DNA of 64,000 nucleotides from Microcystaceae cyanobacterium (lineage in GTDB: Bacteria > Cyanobacteriota > Cyanobacteriia > Cyanobacteriales > Microcystaceae), in contig JBGTGT010000046.1 of the NCBI GenBank assembly GCA_041746575.1, positions 1 through 64,000 on the forward strand, read 5' to 3'. Made by a program: the position numbers and the translations under genes. Below are positions 1-8,563 of the stretch, in pieces. The notes beneath the pieces are model-generated. The model was not told the origin of the DNA. It ran no database searches and saw only the letters and a list, made by a program, of their open reading frames with translations. Positions within the stretch are counted from its first letter, which is position 1, and every line of letters begins with the position of its first letter.

Positions 1-59
1 TTTAGCGATCGCTTTTAGATGCTCTTTCAATTTTTCTCTTTCGGCATTATTTAATTCTG

Positions 60-338
60 TCATGTTACTTCCCCTTTCTTCAATAGAGTTATCTTTGATT
101 TATCATGTTTTGAGTATTTTCGCCAAACTGAGATGCACCCCTTCTCTGCCTTGAAGAATCCATCTAGAAATTGTTTTTCTAAATTGTATTTTGTGATAGT
201 TTGAGCCAATCGGTAATTTCTTGAACTTTCCATCCTTTGGCATTCAAACCTACTTTCAGGAATTTTTGGGTGACGAGTTAACTTTGACAGTTCTTGCTCC
301 TCTACTTCTGTTAGCTGAGTTTTTAGGCGGGCTGGCAT
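60..338 (-). pseudogene. IS630-family transposase N-terminal fragment, frameshifted
   Basis: MPARLKTQLTEVEEQELSKL..P start, continuing in shifted frames as LNAKGWKVQEITDWL..SQNTI / KTISRWILQGREG. This resembles the HTH region of cyanobacterial IS630 transposases; no DDE domain follows. Confidence 0.65.
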
Positions 339-532
339 ATAGGGGTTTCTCCGCTTTAACTACTTTTCTATTTTAGATTTAATTAAGTTCACTTACTTAT
401 CACAATGCAAAAAAGTTTCAGCTTTTTTCAGCAACGCCTTTATTTAGTTGGGTTATTTTAATGAATTTCTCAGGCAAATCTCAGAAACCTATGGGCTAAT
501 AAACCTAGTTGATTATTACATATTCCAAAGCT

Positions 533-1339
533 ATGATCATGATAAATAAACTTCTTATTGGCAGTTTAGTTGCCTTCGGTTCTTTACTTTCGCTGACTTT
601 ACCCTCTAAAGCAGCTACTATTAGAGTGACTGTTACGAACCTCACCAGTAATAGTGTTATTAGTCCTGTTAGTAGCATTTTCCACAATGGTAGCTTTGAC
701 AATTTTAATTTAGGTCAAGCGGCTTCTCCAGAGATTGAAAGAGTTGCTGAAGATGGCAATGCTTCTGTCTTAAATGCCGATGCCAATAATAGTCCTTTTG
801 TAGCTGTAGCAGGAAGTGTTGGAACGGGTCCAATTACCGCAGGGATGACTTTTTCGCAGATTTTTACCGTTAATTCTAGTCAAGGACGTTACTTTAATTT
901 TGCTGCCATGTTTGTTCCTAGTAATGATGCCTTCATCGGCAACGATGACCCGATAGAATATGAAATCTTTGATATTAATGGAAACTTTATCTCTCAAATT
1001 ATCGAGGTTCCAACGTCAGAAATTTGGGACGCCGGGACAGAAGAGAATGATGAAAGCATTGCTAACGCAGCCATTCCTGGTCAACCTTTTACCAATGATT
1101 CTGGAACGCCTCAAAATGGCGTTGTAACCGTTCATCCGGGATATATTCCTAATGGAAATTTTGAACAATTAGGATTTATCAGTCCCACCAATCTTAGTTC
1201 TCCTGTGGTTAGAATTGCCCTTGAAGAAATTACCTCTGTTCCCGAACCCACTACTATCTTTGGACTCTTAGTGGCAGGAGGCACAGGATTGTTAATTTCT
1301 AAGCGTAAAAAAGAGCATAAAAATGGCATTGCTGAATGA
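533..1339 (+). CDS. Spondin_N-domain PEP-CTERM surface protein
   Basis: Signal peptide (..PSKAAT), spondin motifs (AEDGN, MFVPSNDAF, WDAGTEENDE), C-terminal VPEP + transmembrane segment + KRKK. Confidence 0.85.
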   Translation: MIMINKLLIGSLVAFGSLLSLTLPSKAATIRVTVTNLTSNSVISPVSSIFHNGSFDNFNLGQAASPEIERVAEDGNASVLNADANNSPFVAVAGSVGTGPITAGMTFSQIFTVNSSQGRYFNFAAMFVPSNDAFIGNDDPIEYEIFDINGNFISQIIEVPTSEIWDAGTEENDESIANAAIPGQPFTNDSGTPQNGVVTVHPGYIPNGNFEQLGFISPTNLSSPVVRIALEEITSVPEPTTIFGLLVAGGTGLLISKRKKEHKNGIAE

Positions 1340-1404
1340 GCAGTTGATCGTATCCCTCAAAGCTTGATAATTCGTGGCAGATCAACACTAAAATCAGCAA
1401 CACC
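1325..1404. mobile_element. MITE-like element with imperfect GGYRTTGCTGA terminal inverted repeats
   Basis: ggcattgctga (1325) ... tcagcaacacc (1394-1404). Related ends at 428-438 and 2511/2665. Confidence 0.45.
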
Positions 1405-1494
1405 TCTCTGACACGGTGATTTCTTCAATAATTTAATTTCAGTTTATCACTTTGCAGACACGCCCTAAGGTAAAGGAGGTTTTCCATCAGAAAA

Positions 1495-1932
1495 TTACCA
1501 TTTTTTGTAGGGTAAAAACTTACCGCACATCGTCACTTTAACGCGATCGCCTTTGGGATCTTCTACTTTATCGACTTCAACAGAAAAGTCAATAGCACTC
1601 ATAATTCCATCCCCAAATTTTTCATGAATCACTGCTTTTAATGGCATTCCATAAACCTGCATAATTTCATAAAATCGATAGATTAATGGATCAGTAGGAA
1701 TCACGGGATTTAATGATCCTTTTAGGGGAGGAATGGTTAATTCTTCGGCTAAGTCTTCCGATAATCCTAGGGTAGAAACAAGCTTTTTAGCTTCTTCTAT
1801 ACCGGCACTGGCTTGACGATATAGCACTGACGCAATCCATGTTTCGTCTCGTCCGACGATTTTTTCTAAGTCTTCAAAAGTTAAGCTTTTAGCTTTTTTA
1901 GCTGCTAATAGTTTTTCCGTTATTGTTGTCAT
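1495..1932 (-). CDS. cynS: cyanate hydratase (cyanase)
   Basis: [24 protein letters not shown] and GKFLPY motifs. Confidence 0.97.
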   Translation of the reverse strand: MTTITEKLLAAKKAKSLTFEDLEKIVGRDETWIASVLYRQASAGIEEAKKLVSTLGLSEDLAEELTIPPLKGSLNPVIPTDPLIYRFYEIMQVYGMPLKAVIHEKFGDGIMSAIDFSVEVDKVEDPKGDRVKVTMCGKFLPYKKW

Positions 1933-2060
1933 CGTTATTGGCTCTTTTTTCTTGAATAATTTTGATTGTAAATTAACAAGAAATGAGGCTATTAAATCTT
2001 AAAAAAAAGCGAAGATTTTCTGAATGATCACATTTATAAATGGCTGATTAAGATGAGGTT

Positions 2061-2384
2061 TTAAGTATTGGGTGAGCAAAGGGGCGTAAAATAGAAGCGT
2101 ATTTTACCTTGTTCAGTCATTTTCAAGAATAGGGCTTTGCGGAGTTCGGCTTGGTGAATGCTATCGGCAATTTTAAAGGACTCTGGCTTATAAAGTCCCA
2201 TTTTAACCAAATCATCTATCATATCCCCTGGATTTTGAGGCATATCAGCTATGAATTGTCAGTGGTTATCTGTTAAATGAAACCCACCACAAACGCTACA
2301 GGATCGCTCAAATTGGCTAATTTCTTTCGATTTTACCCATGTACTTTCAGATGTTAGGGTCGCGGTACGGGTTTTATTCGCCAT
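2061..2384 (-). pseudogene. truncated gene remnant, probably the N-terminus of a cyanate/nitrate-type ABC substrate-binding protein
   Basis: Frame MANKTR...CSVCGGFHLTDNH*QFIADMPQNPGDMIDDLVKMG with in-frame TGA at 2259-2261. Lies directly upstream of cynS and downstream of an NtcA box. Family assignment is from recall only. Confidence 0.5.
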
Positions 2385-2449
2385 TATTGAATAAATGATA
2401 AAGTTAACATAATTGAGAATCTATTACACGCTGTTTCAGGCTTTTTTTT

Positions 2450-2465
2450 TGTAAAATTAACTACA
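2450..2465. promoter_or_regulatory. NtcA binding site
   Basis: TGTA-AAATTAAC-TACA is an exact GTA-N8-TAC consensus, upstream of the cyanate-utilisation genes. Confidence 0.75.
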
Positions 2466-2510
2466 TTTGAAATGTTCCCCCCAAAACTGACAGGGAAATA
2501 AGCCCTAAAC

Positions 2511-2665
2511 GGTGTTGTTCAAAAACGGGCTATTTTGGGTAACACTCTCAAAATCTATTCGCTCTACAGTTGTAGATAGAATAGAAAAATAAAAAATCAA
2601 TAACCAAAATGATAGAGCAGTTCTATTGCAAAAAATGTTTGAACCATACTCTATTTAGCAACGCC
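2511..2665. mobile_element. MITE-like element
   Basis: ggtgttg... at 2511 and ...tagcaacgcc at 2656-2665; same end family as 1325-1404. Confidence 0.4.
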
Positions 2666-2900
2666 AAAATACTTCTCCGATCATTTCCGATTTAGACTGA
2701 AAGCGTCGTGTGTTTTTGAAGTGTTTACAATTTTTATCTTGTACTTAGGGGATTCTTAGGCTTCTCTCAGATAAGACTCAGACCTTTCTCAAATTTCTCA
2801 GCGATCCTTAGAGTGTATCCCCATTAAACGCTATCTGTGTCCCTTTGGTCAATATTCAGATTTCAGAAATTTTCTTAATCCCCAAAAAGGAGCTTTTGTC

Positions 2901-3587
2901 ATGATGAAGCATCACTCTATTTTCTTTTCTCACCTAACTTTAGGACTGAGTTTATTAATTTTTTCATCGTCTTGTGCGGTTTTAGCCAATAGTAAATCGC
3001 CCAAACCTATTCCTAAACCTACTATTGATCTTCCCGTTTCTCTGGCGAAGGGAAAACAAACAGCCATTTTTGCGGGTGGGTGTTTTTGGGGAATGGAAGC
3101 TGTTTTTGAACATCTTAAAGGCGTTGGTGACGTCGTGTCTGGTTTTTCAGGCGGCACTGCAGCAACCTCATCCTACGAAAATGTTAGTTCGGGGCAAACA
3201 GAACACGCTGAATCCGTTAAAATTATTTATGACCCGACTCTAATTTCTTATGGTCAACTCTTAGAAATCTATTTTTCAGTCGCTCATGATCCTACCCAAT
3301 TAAATCGTCAAGGCCCTGATTGGGGTAAACAATATCGCTCGGCTATCTTTTTTACTACTAATGAACAGAAGCAAGTTGCCCAAGCTTATATCGAACAACT
3401 TAACCAATCCCCGTTTTTTAGGATGAAAATTGTTACCGAGTTAGTGCCTTTCAAAAATTTTTATGCGGCGGCAGAATCTCACCAAAACTTTATCGAAAAT
3501 AATCCCAATAATCCTTATGTTGTTATTAACGATTTACCCAAACTTGAACAACTTAAGAAACAGTTTCCTCTTCTTTACAAACCTTAA
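2901..3587 (+). CDS. msrA: peptide-methionine (S)-S-oxide reductase with signal/lipoprotein leader
   Basis: AGGCFWG, HAESV, HDPTQLNRQGPD and QYRSAIF motifs. Confidence 0.95.
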   Translation: MMKHHSIFFSHLTLGLSLLIFSSSCAVLANSKSPKPIPKPTIDLPVSLAKGKQTAIFAGGCFWGMEAVFEHLKGVGDVVSGFSGGTAATSSYENVSSGQTEHAESVKIIYDPTLISYGQLLEIYFSVAHDPTQLNRQGPDWGKQYRSAIFFTTNEQKQVAQAYIEQLNQSPFFRMKIVTELVPFKNFYAAAESHQNFIENNPNNPYVVINDLPKLEQLKKQFPLLYKP

Positions 3588-4066
3588 ATATCGTAAAATA
3601 TCGTATTGGTTTTGAGTTTTTCTGATTTGATTGACAGGTCAATAAAGTAGATTTAAAACAATATCAATTAACTGCTAATCCACTGCTAATTGAGCGAGCC
3701 GTTCTAAAAATCGCCAAAACAGTTAAAAATGTTGAGGTAAAGTAAGAGGTAAAGTAAAAGGATTGATGTCATCGGAACTCATCCCTATTCTTTGAGATAA
3801 ATCGAAGCGAGATAGGTCTTTTGTTGGGGAAGTGCTTGATTTTCTTGTTGTTCTCAGAGGGTTTTTTGATAGTGAAAAATTCAATTTTTCCATTTAATGC
3901 GAAAATCTTTATTCATGGTTAAGTCGGTAGTGCGACTATTTCTTAAAGAGCGGTTGTTTGTATTAAATAAATTGAGTTGATTCATTAATAGTAAATTCAG
4001 GATTGACGGCTCCCTAACAATCGAGAATTTTAGGCTACATTTGCAGTTGTTTTGGGGTTTAAATAT

Positions 4067-4291
4067 CTAAAGAGATTCAAAGTCAGAGGTAAATCCCAGA
4101 AACTTGCTACAATCTTCCTGAAAGGTTTCGACTTCATTAATATCTTCAAATTTATAAGCCATGAGGCGTGTCTCGTCCGGTTTTTTTTGGGAAGCGATCA
4201 ATTCGGCTTGATAGTTCTCAGTCATTGTTTTAAAATCAGCCCCAAACTGTTTCCACGCATCTGCATTACAATGAACATTAACTCGCCACAT
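4067..4291 (-). CDS. small acidic hypothetical protein
   Basis: 74-aa ORF with protein-like composition; no recognised motif. Confidence 0.55.
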   Translation of the reverse strand: MWRVNVHCNADAWKQFGADFKTMTENYQAELIASQKKPDETRLMAYKFEDINEVETFQEDCSKFLGFTSDFESL

Positions 4292-5163
4292 TTTTCTTGA
4301 ACCTCATTAACAACAAGTCTCTATCTTACCACTCTGGAGTCGCTCAACTTTGATGAGGATTAGTCGTTTCGGGAGGGAAATCTCAATCGCATCTCATGGT
4401 TGAACTGAAATTTTCTCCCGCAGTCTCCTCCTAAAAGTACTGGAAAATATTGACATTTTAGGTGGGGTTAGGGAGAACTAAAGTAAAAAGTGCAGCAACA
4501 TGATAGTAGCATAATATTGGTACAGCCAAGCGAAATTTCATGGAGGCACGACCACTTACCGCAATTATTGATGTTAGGAATTGCTAGTTTTTCTGGGGTT
4601 TCCGTAAACAAAAGTTTTTACGACTCACTGAGGACGCCAGTATATCTAGAAACGCTTAGAAGTCTTTTGGTTCTAACGCGTAAGAATCCTCAACTATAAT
4701 CGCAAGAATAGGTTGGTGGTGTGTTTAATCTGAAAAATTGCCGACTGAAAATCAACCTCAACAATGGTTTCAAGATTATTTTTAATTACAACAAGATAAT
4801 TTTAATTAACTCCATCTCGGTTCTGATGCAGAAGCCATCCACCTTTCTGTAACCCAAGCAGATTATAACCGGCTCATAGGGTCGTTTAAGGTGTTTTTGA
4901 CCCGACTTTGAAACGAGAGTTGTTTACCCAGTGACCAAATAAAATAGCGATCGCTTGGCTAATGCGCCAGCAATATTGTCAGCAATTGTTTCTATTCAAT
5001 TAATTTCTCTATAAAAAAGAGAAAACGTGGCTATGGAGGAAGAACAAAGGATTTATCCCAAGTTTTGTTTCCATTCAATTAATTTCTCTACAGAAAAGAG
5101 AAGTCCTAGTTGTGTGCTCATTGTTATCTCCTAACTTGTGTGAATCATGCCGTACTAGATCGA

Positions 5164-5511
5164 TCAAGACAGTGGTGGGTCAGTCCGATGATTCGCTTGA
5201 TGTTCCAGTTTTCCAATCGTGTGCTCGATCAAGTGGGTTAATTTCTCCGCCGCCCCGTCAACGGCTTGGTCTAAGGTGGCTGCCTGATGGGTTACCGCAA
5301 GGGGTTGGACTCCTTTGAGACGGGCTTCGATCATGCAACGCATATCTTCCTCGCCGCCCTTTTTGTCGCTGTTCTCATCGCTCAGGTGCACATCAACGTT
5401 AGTGAGGCGATCGCTAAATCGGCTTAGGCTCTCTGCCACGACACCAGTAAAATGGGTGGCCAGTGCTTCGTGACCTTCGATGTTATGACCAGTATTGATT
5501 TGGATTTGCAT
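5164..5511 (-). CDS. HPF/RaiA-family ribosome-associated protein (ribosomal subunit interface protein), located inside the CRISPR array
   Basis: MQIQINTGHNIEG..RFSDRLTNVDVHLSDEN..DMRCMIEARLKG..AVTHQAATLDQAVDGAAEKL; RBS AAGGA upstream; ORF intact (115 aa). Confidence 0.85.
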   Translation of the reverse strand: MQIQINTGHNIEGHEALATHFTGVVAESLSRFSDRLTNVDVHLSDENSDKKGGEEDMRCMIEARLKGVQPLAVTHQAATLDQAVDGAAEKLTHLIEHTIGKLEHQANHRTDPPLS

Positions 5512-5583
5512 GGTAATTTCCTTTTGTAATTGTGATTGACTCAACTTGAATCAACGGCGATCGCCGGATCTGTCTTAGCCCTG

Positions 5584-6192
5584 TTACAGAAACGCCTTAA
5601 CCACCGCGTCAAATTTCACCTTGATGGAGTCGTCATGGTGCAGGATGGGTGGAATCTCTCGCTCGATGCCCAGCAGTTCGTAGACTTTCTTTGATTCTTC
5701 TACTATAACCAATTATCTAACACGTGGAATCTCTCGCTCGATGCCCAGCAGTTCGTAGACTGCCATTTGGGCAACCCGGACGGAATATTCCACCGTAAAA
5801 ACCACATCATCAGGGATTTCGACAAACTGGCTAATAAAGGCGAGATTCTTAGAGTTCTTGGGTACGGGCAGCGGGCGATCGCCGTGGGCGCGGGGCATAA
5901 ACATGCTGGTGATGTAGGGCATTCGGCAGGGAATACAGATAGCAGAGGCGATCGCCGATTGATCAAAATTGAGATGACCGCATAGTTCTTGCAGAATCTC
6001 AAGACCGTTGCAATCAGTCATGGATTTGGGTACGAAGTCACCAATGCGATCGGGGTGTAGAGCATAGCCCCAAAACACTTGCACATCGGCAGGTTGGTTG
6101 AGGTAGTGGGGTTGATGGGCTAACACGATTGACATCATCCAATTGGAATCCTTGAACGTCACCAAACCGCCAGTGCCAGCCTTATTCCCAGA
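5584..6192 (-). pseudogene. oleate hydratase (myosin-cross-reactive antigen family) 3' fragment, truncated by a CRISPR repeat and interrupted by an insertion
   Basis: SGNKAGTGGLVTFKDSNW, MPYITSMFMPR..GDRP, NLAFISQFVE..DVVFTVEYSVR. The native C-terminus PPILHHDDSIKVKFDAVVKAFL* resumes after the duplication. Confidence 0.85.
5649..5761. repeat. 38-bp perfect direct duplication flanking a 37-bp AT-rich insert
   Basis: GTGGAATCTCTCGCTCGATGCCCAGCAGTTCGTAGACT at 5649-5686 and 5724-5761; insert TTCTTTGATTCTTCTACTATAACCAATTATCTAACAC at 5687-5723. Confidence 0.95.
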
Positions 6193-8095
6193 GTTTCCAT
6201 TCAATTAATTTCTCTACAGAAAAGAGAAATATCTTTCTGTTGCAGAAAAAGCCGAATTAAACAGAGTTTCCATTCAATTAATTTCTCTACAGAAAAGAGA
6301 ACGATTTCTGTTATCAACCCCTAAAAGAGTTAAACCTTTTTGGGTTTCCATTCAATTAATTTCTCTACAGAAAAGAGAACCATGAGAAAACTACTGAAAG
6401 ATGTAAAAAGGTTCAACCAGTTTCCATTCAATTAATTTCTCTACAGAAAAGAGAATTAATATCTTCAAGGCTTTCGTGCCACCCAGTAGTCGCGTTTCCA
6501 TTCAATTAATTTCTCTACAGAAAAGAGAACTGAAGAGTTAATCGTTAAACTCGCTAAAGATAACAGTTTCCATTCAATTAATTTCTCTACAGAAAAGAGA
6601 ACATCAATATCCGTTTGCATCTTGAACGGGACAAGATCATTTTCGGTTTCCATTCAATTAATTTCTCTACAGAAAAGAGAAAAGCATTGAACCGCGGCGC
6701 GATTGGCAATGACTTCGTTTCCATTCAATTAATTTCTCTACAGAAAAGGGAAGCATTTCTCAAGAAATCGCCCCTGAACAAAGTGATTGTTTCCATTCAA
6801 TTAATTTCTCTACAGAAAAGAGAAGATTCTTTAAAACCTTCGTTCCAACCAATTACTAATGTGTTTCCATTCAATTAATTTCTCTACAGAAAAGAGAAGA
6901 GCGAATGCTCGTAGATGTTTTAACCGGCGAAATCATCCTTGTTTCCATTCAATTAATTTCTCTACAGAAAAGAGAAAACCACTACAAAAAAGTTCCCACA
7001 GATAATCGCACAAGTTTCCATTCAATTAATTTCTCTACAGAAAAGAGAAAATTCCTGTCCGCTCATCAGCCATCTGCCAGAGTTGAAAGACGTTTCCATT
7101 CAATTAATTTCTCTACAGAAAAGAGAACCTATAAGGATAAAGCCTCTGGCGAAGCGCGGCATAAATTGAAGTTTCCATTCAATTAATTTCTCTACAGAAA
7201 AGAGAAAGCCCAGAGGCGCTTATTCTACTTCCAATTATCAGGAAGTTTCCATTCAATTAATTTCTCTACAGAAAAGAGAATCTTGAGATAATTGTAACCC
7301 TTCAATCTGATCTTTTGGTTTCCATTCAATTAATTTCTCTACAGAAAAGAGAATCGTACGATAACGGTTGTTATGGGCTTGGGCATCCTCAAAAGTTTCC
7401 ATTCAATTAATTTCTCTACAGAAAAGAGAACTATTTTGCCCTGGAGTTTTAACCAGTTATTTGAGCCTTGTTTCCATTCAATTAATTTCTCTACAGAAAA
7501 GAGAATTCCTAGGAGTCCCAATTTACTCAGAAGGGGAGATCGAGTTTCCATTCAATTAATTTCTCTACAGAAAAGAGAATTTTCGGACTAGATGCGAGTC
7601 AGTGGGGGCAAAGATTACAAGTTTCCATTCAATTAATTTCTCTACAGAAAAGAGAAAATTTGGTGCTTAAAATACTAGCCCCATTTTTATTAAGTTTCCA
7701 TTCAATTAATTTCTCTACAGAAAAGAGAATAAGAATTTCCGTCTTGGGCAGGCTCTTGAATCAAGTTTCCATTCAATTAATTTCTCTACAGAAAAGAGAA
7801 TTAACGAATATTCCAACAGAATTCACCCCGTCAGATCGTTTCCATTCAATTAATTTCTCTACAGAAAAGAGAATCTTCGAAGGGATTAAAAATTCCCCAT
7901 TCGATAGGGGGGTGTTTCCATTCAATTAATTTCTCTACAGAAAAGAGAAGATTTCATCTACAAAGCCCAGCTGCGCTTAGTAAAGTGTTTCCATTCAATT
8001 AATTTCTCTACAGAAAAGAGAATTAAAAATCAAAATAGGGGGCTAGTATTGATTTGCACGTTTCCATTCAATTAATTTCTCTACAGAAAAGAGAA

Positions 8096-8278
8096 GGTCG
8101 TTCACAGACCCCTGATGTAGTCAAACTTCCAAAAGGGGTTTGCGAGGGATAGAAATATTGTAGCTCTAAATTGCCAAAAACGACTCGATAAAAACACTGA
8201 AACCTTTGCTCTATCTAAAATCGAGGGATAGAACGAGATAATAGGAATCATCGTCATTGAATTTGAGCCTCGCAAAAT
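8096..8278 (-). promoter_or_regulatory. CRISPR leader
   Basis: Non-coding stretch between the cas2 stop and the first perfect repeat; contains repeated CGAGGGATAGAA motifs. Confidence 0.8.
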
Positions 8279-8563
8279 TCAGATAATAATAAACGTAGGA
8301 GGCTGAGTAAGCGGTGGATTGCCCCATATATCTACTTGGGATAAAGTATGACCGGAAATAGGATAAAAACGTAAACTGTCTTCTCCTTCCCTAAAAATGC
8401 GCTTTAGGCGTTTTTGTAGCTCATCATATTTTTTCTTCGCTAACATACACTCAAAGACTGAATATTGTACCCTTGTGCCGTAGCCTTCCAAAACATCAGA
8501 AATCCGTTTACGCCGTTTATCGCAGGGAATATCATAAGCAATAACATAGAGCAACATAATCAA
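8279..8563 (-). CDS. cas2: CRISPR-associated endoribonuclease Cas2
   Basis: YVIAYDI...RVQYSVFEC...DSLRFY. Confidence 0.97.
   Translation of the reverse strand: MIMLLYVIAYDIPCDKRRKRISDVLEGYGTRVQYSVFECMLAKKKYDELQKRLKRIFREGEDSLRFYPISGHTLSQVDIWGNPPLTQPPTFIII

Larger units (their letters stand above)
4988..8095 (-). CRISPR. CRISPR array with 28 repeats of 36 bp (+ strand GTTTCCATTCAATTAATTTCTCTACAGAAAAGAGAA), 26 normal spacers and one 1,090-bp spacer
   Basis: Repeats start at 4988 (degenerate, trailer) and 5067, then 26 copies from 6193 to 8060 with spacers of ~35-44 bp; the copy at 6717 has one substitution. The reverse complement ends in ATGGAAAC and the leader abuts cas2, so transcription is on the minus strand. 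Confidence 0.98.

Noticed and set aside
505..3243. Short antisense or alternative-frame ORFs overlapping the spondin gene and msrA (and similar ones elsewhere in the window)
   Set aside because: Shadow ORFs of well-supported genes.
5687..5723. The 37-bp insert as a degenerate copy of the array repeat
   Set aside because: Only vague AT-rich resemblance; it lacks the TTCTCT/AGAGAA hairpin and the GGAAAC end.
5103..6192. Interpretation of the insert as an IS or transposon, or of the locus as two independent arrays
   Set aside because: No transposase, terminal inverted repeats or short target duplication. No leader-like sequence precedes the two trailer repeats, and genes are cut exactly at the repeat edges.
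6193..6204. Apparent start (MNGN) of the 163-aa oleate hydratase ORF
   Set aside because: The ATG comes from the CRISPR repeat; it is not a native start.
6465..7929. Many 60-93-aa ORFs containing VSIQLISLQKRE / FHSINFSTEKR / FSVEKLIEWK
   Set aside because: They are translations of the CRISPR repeat.
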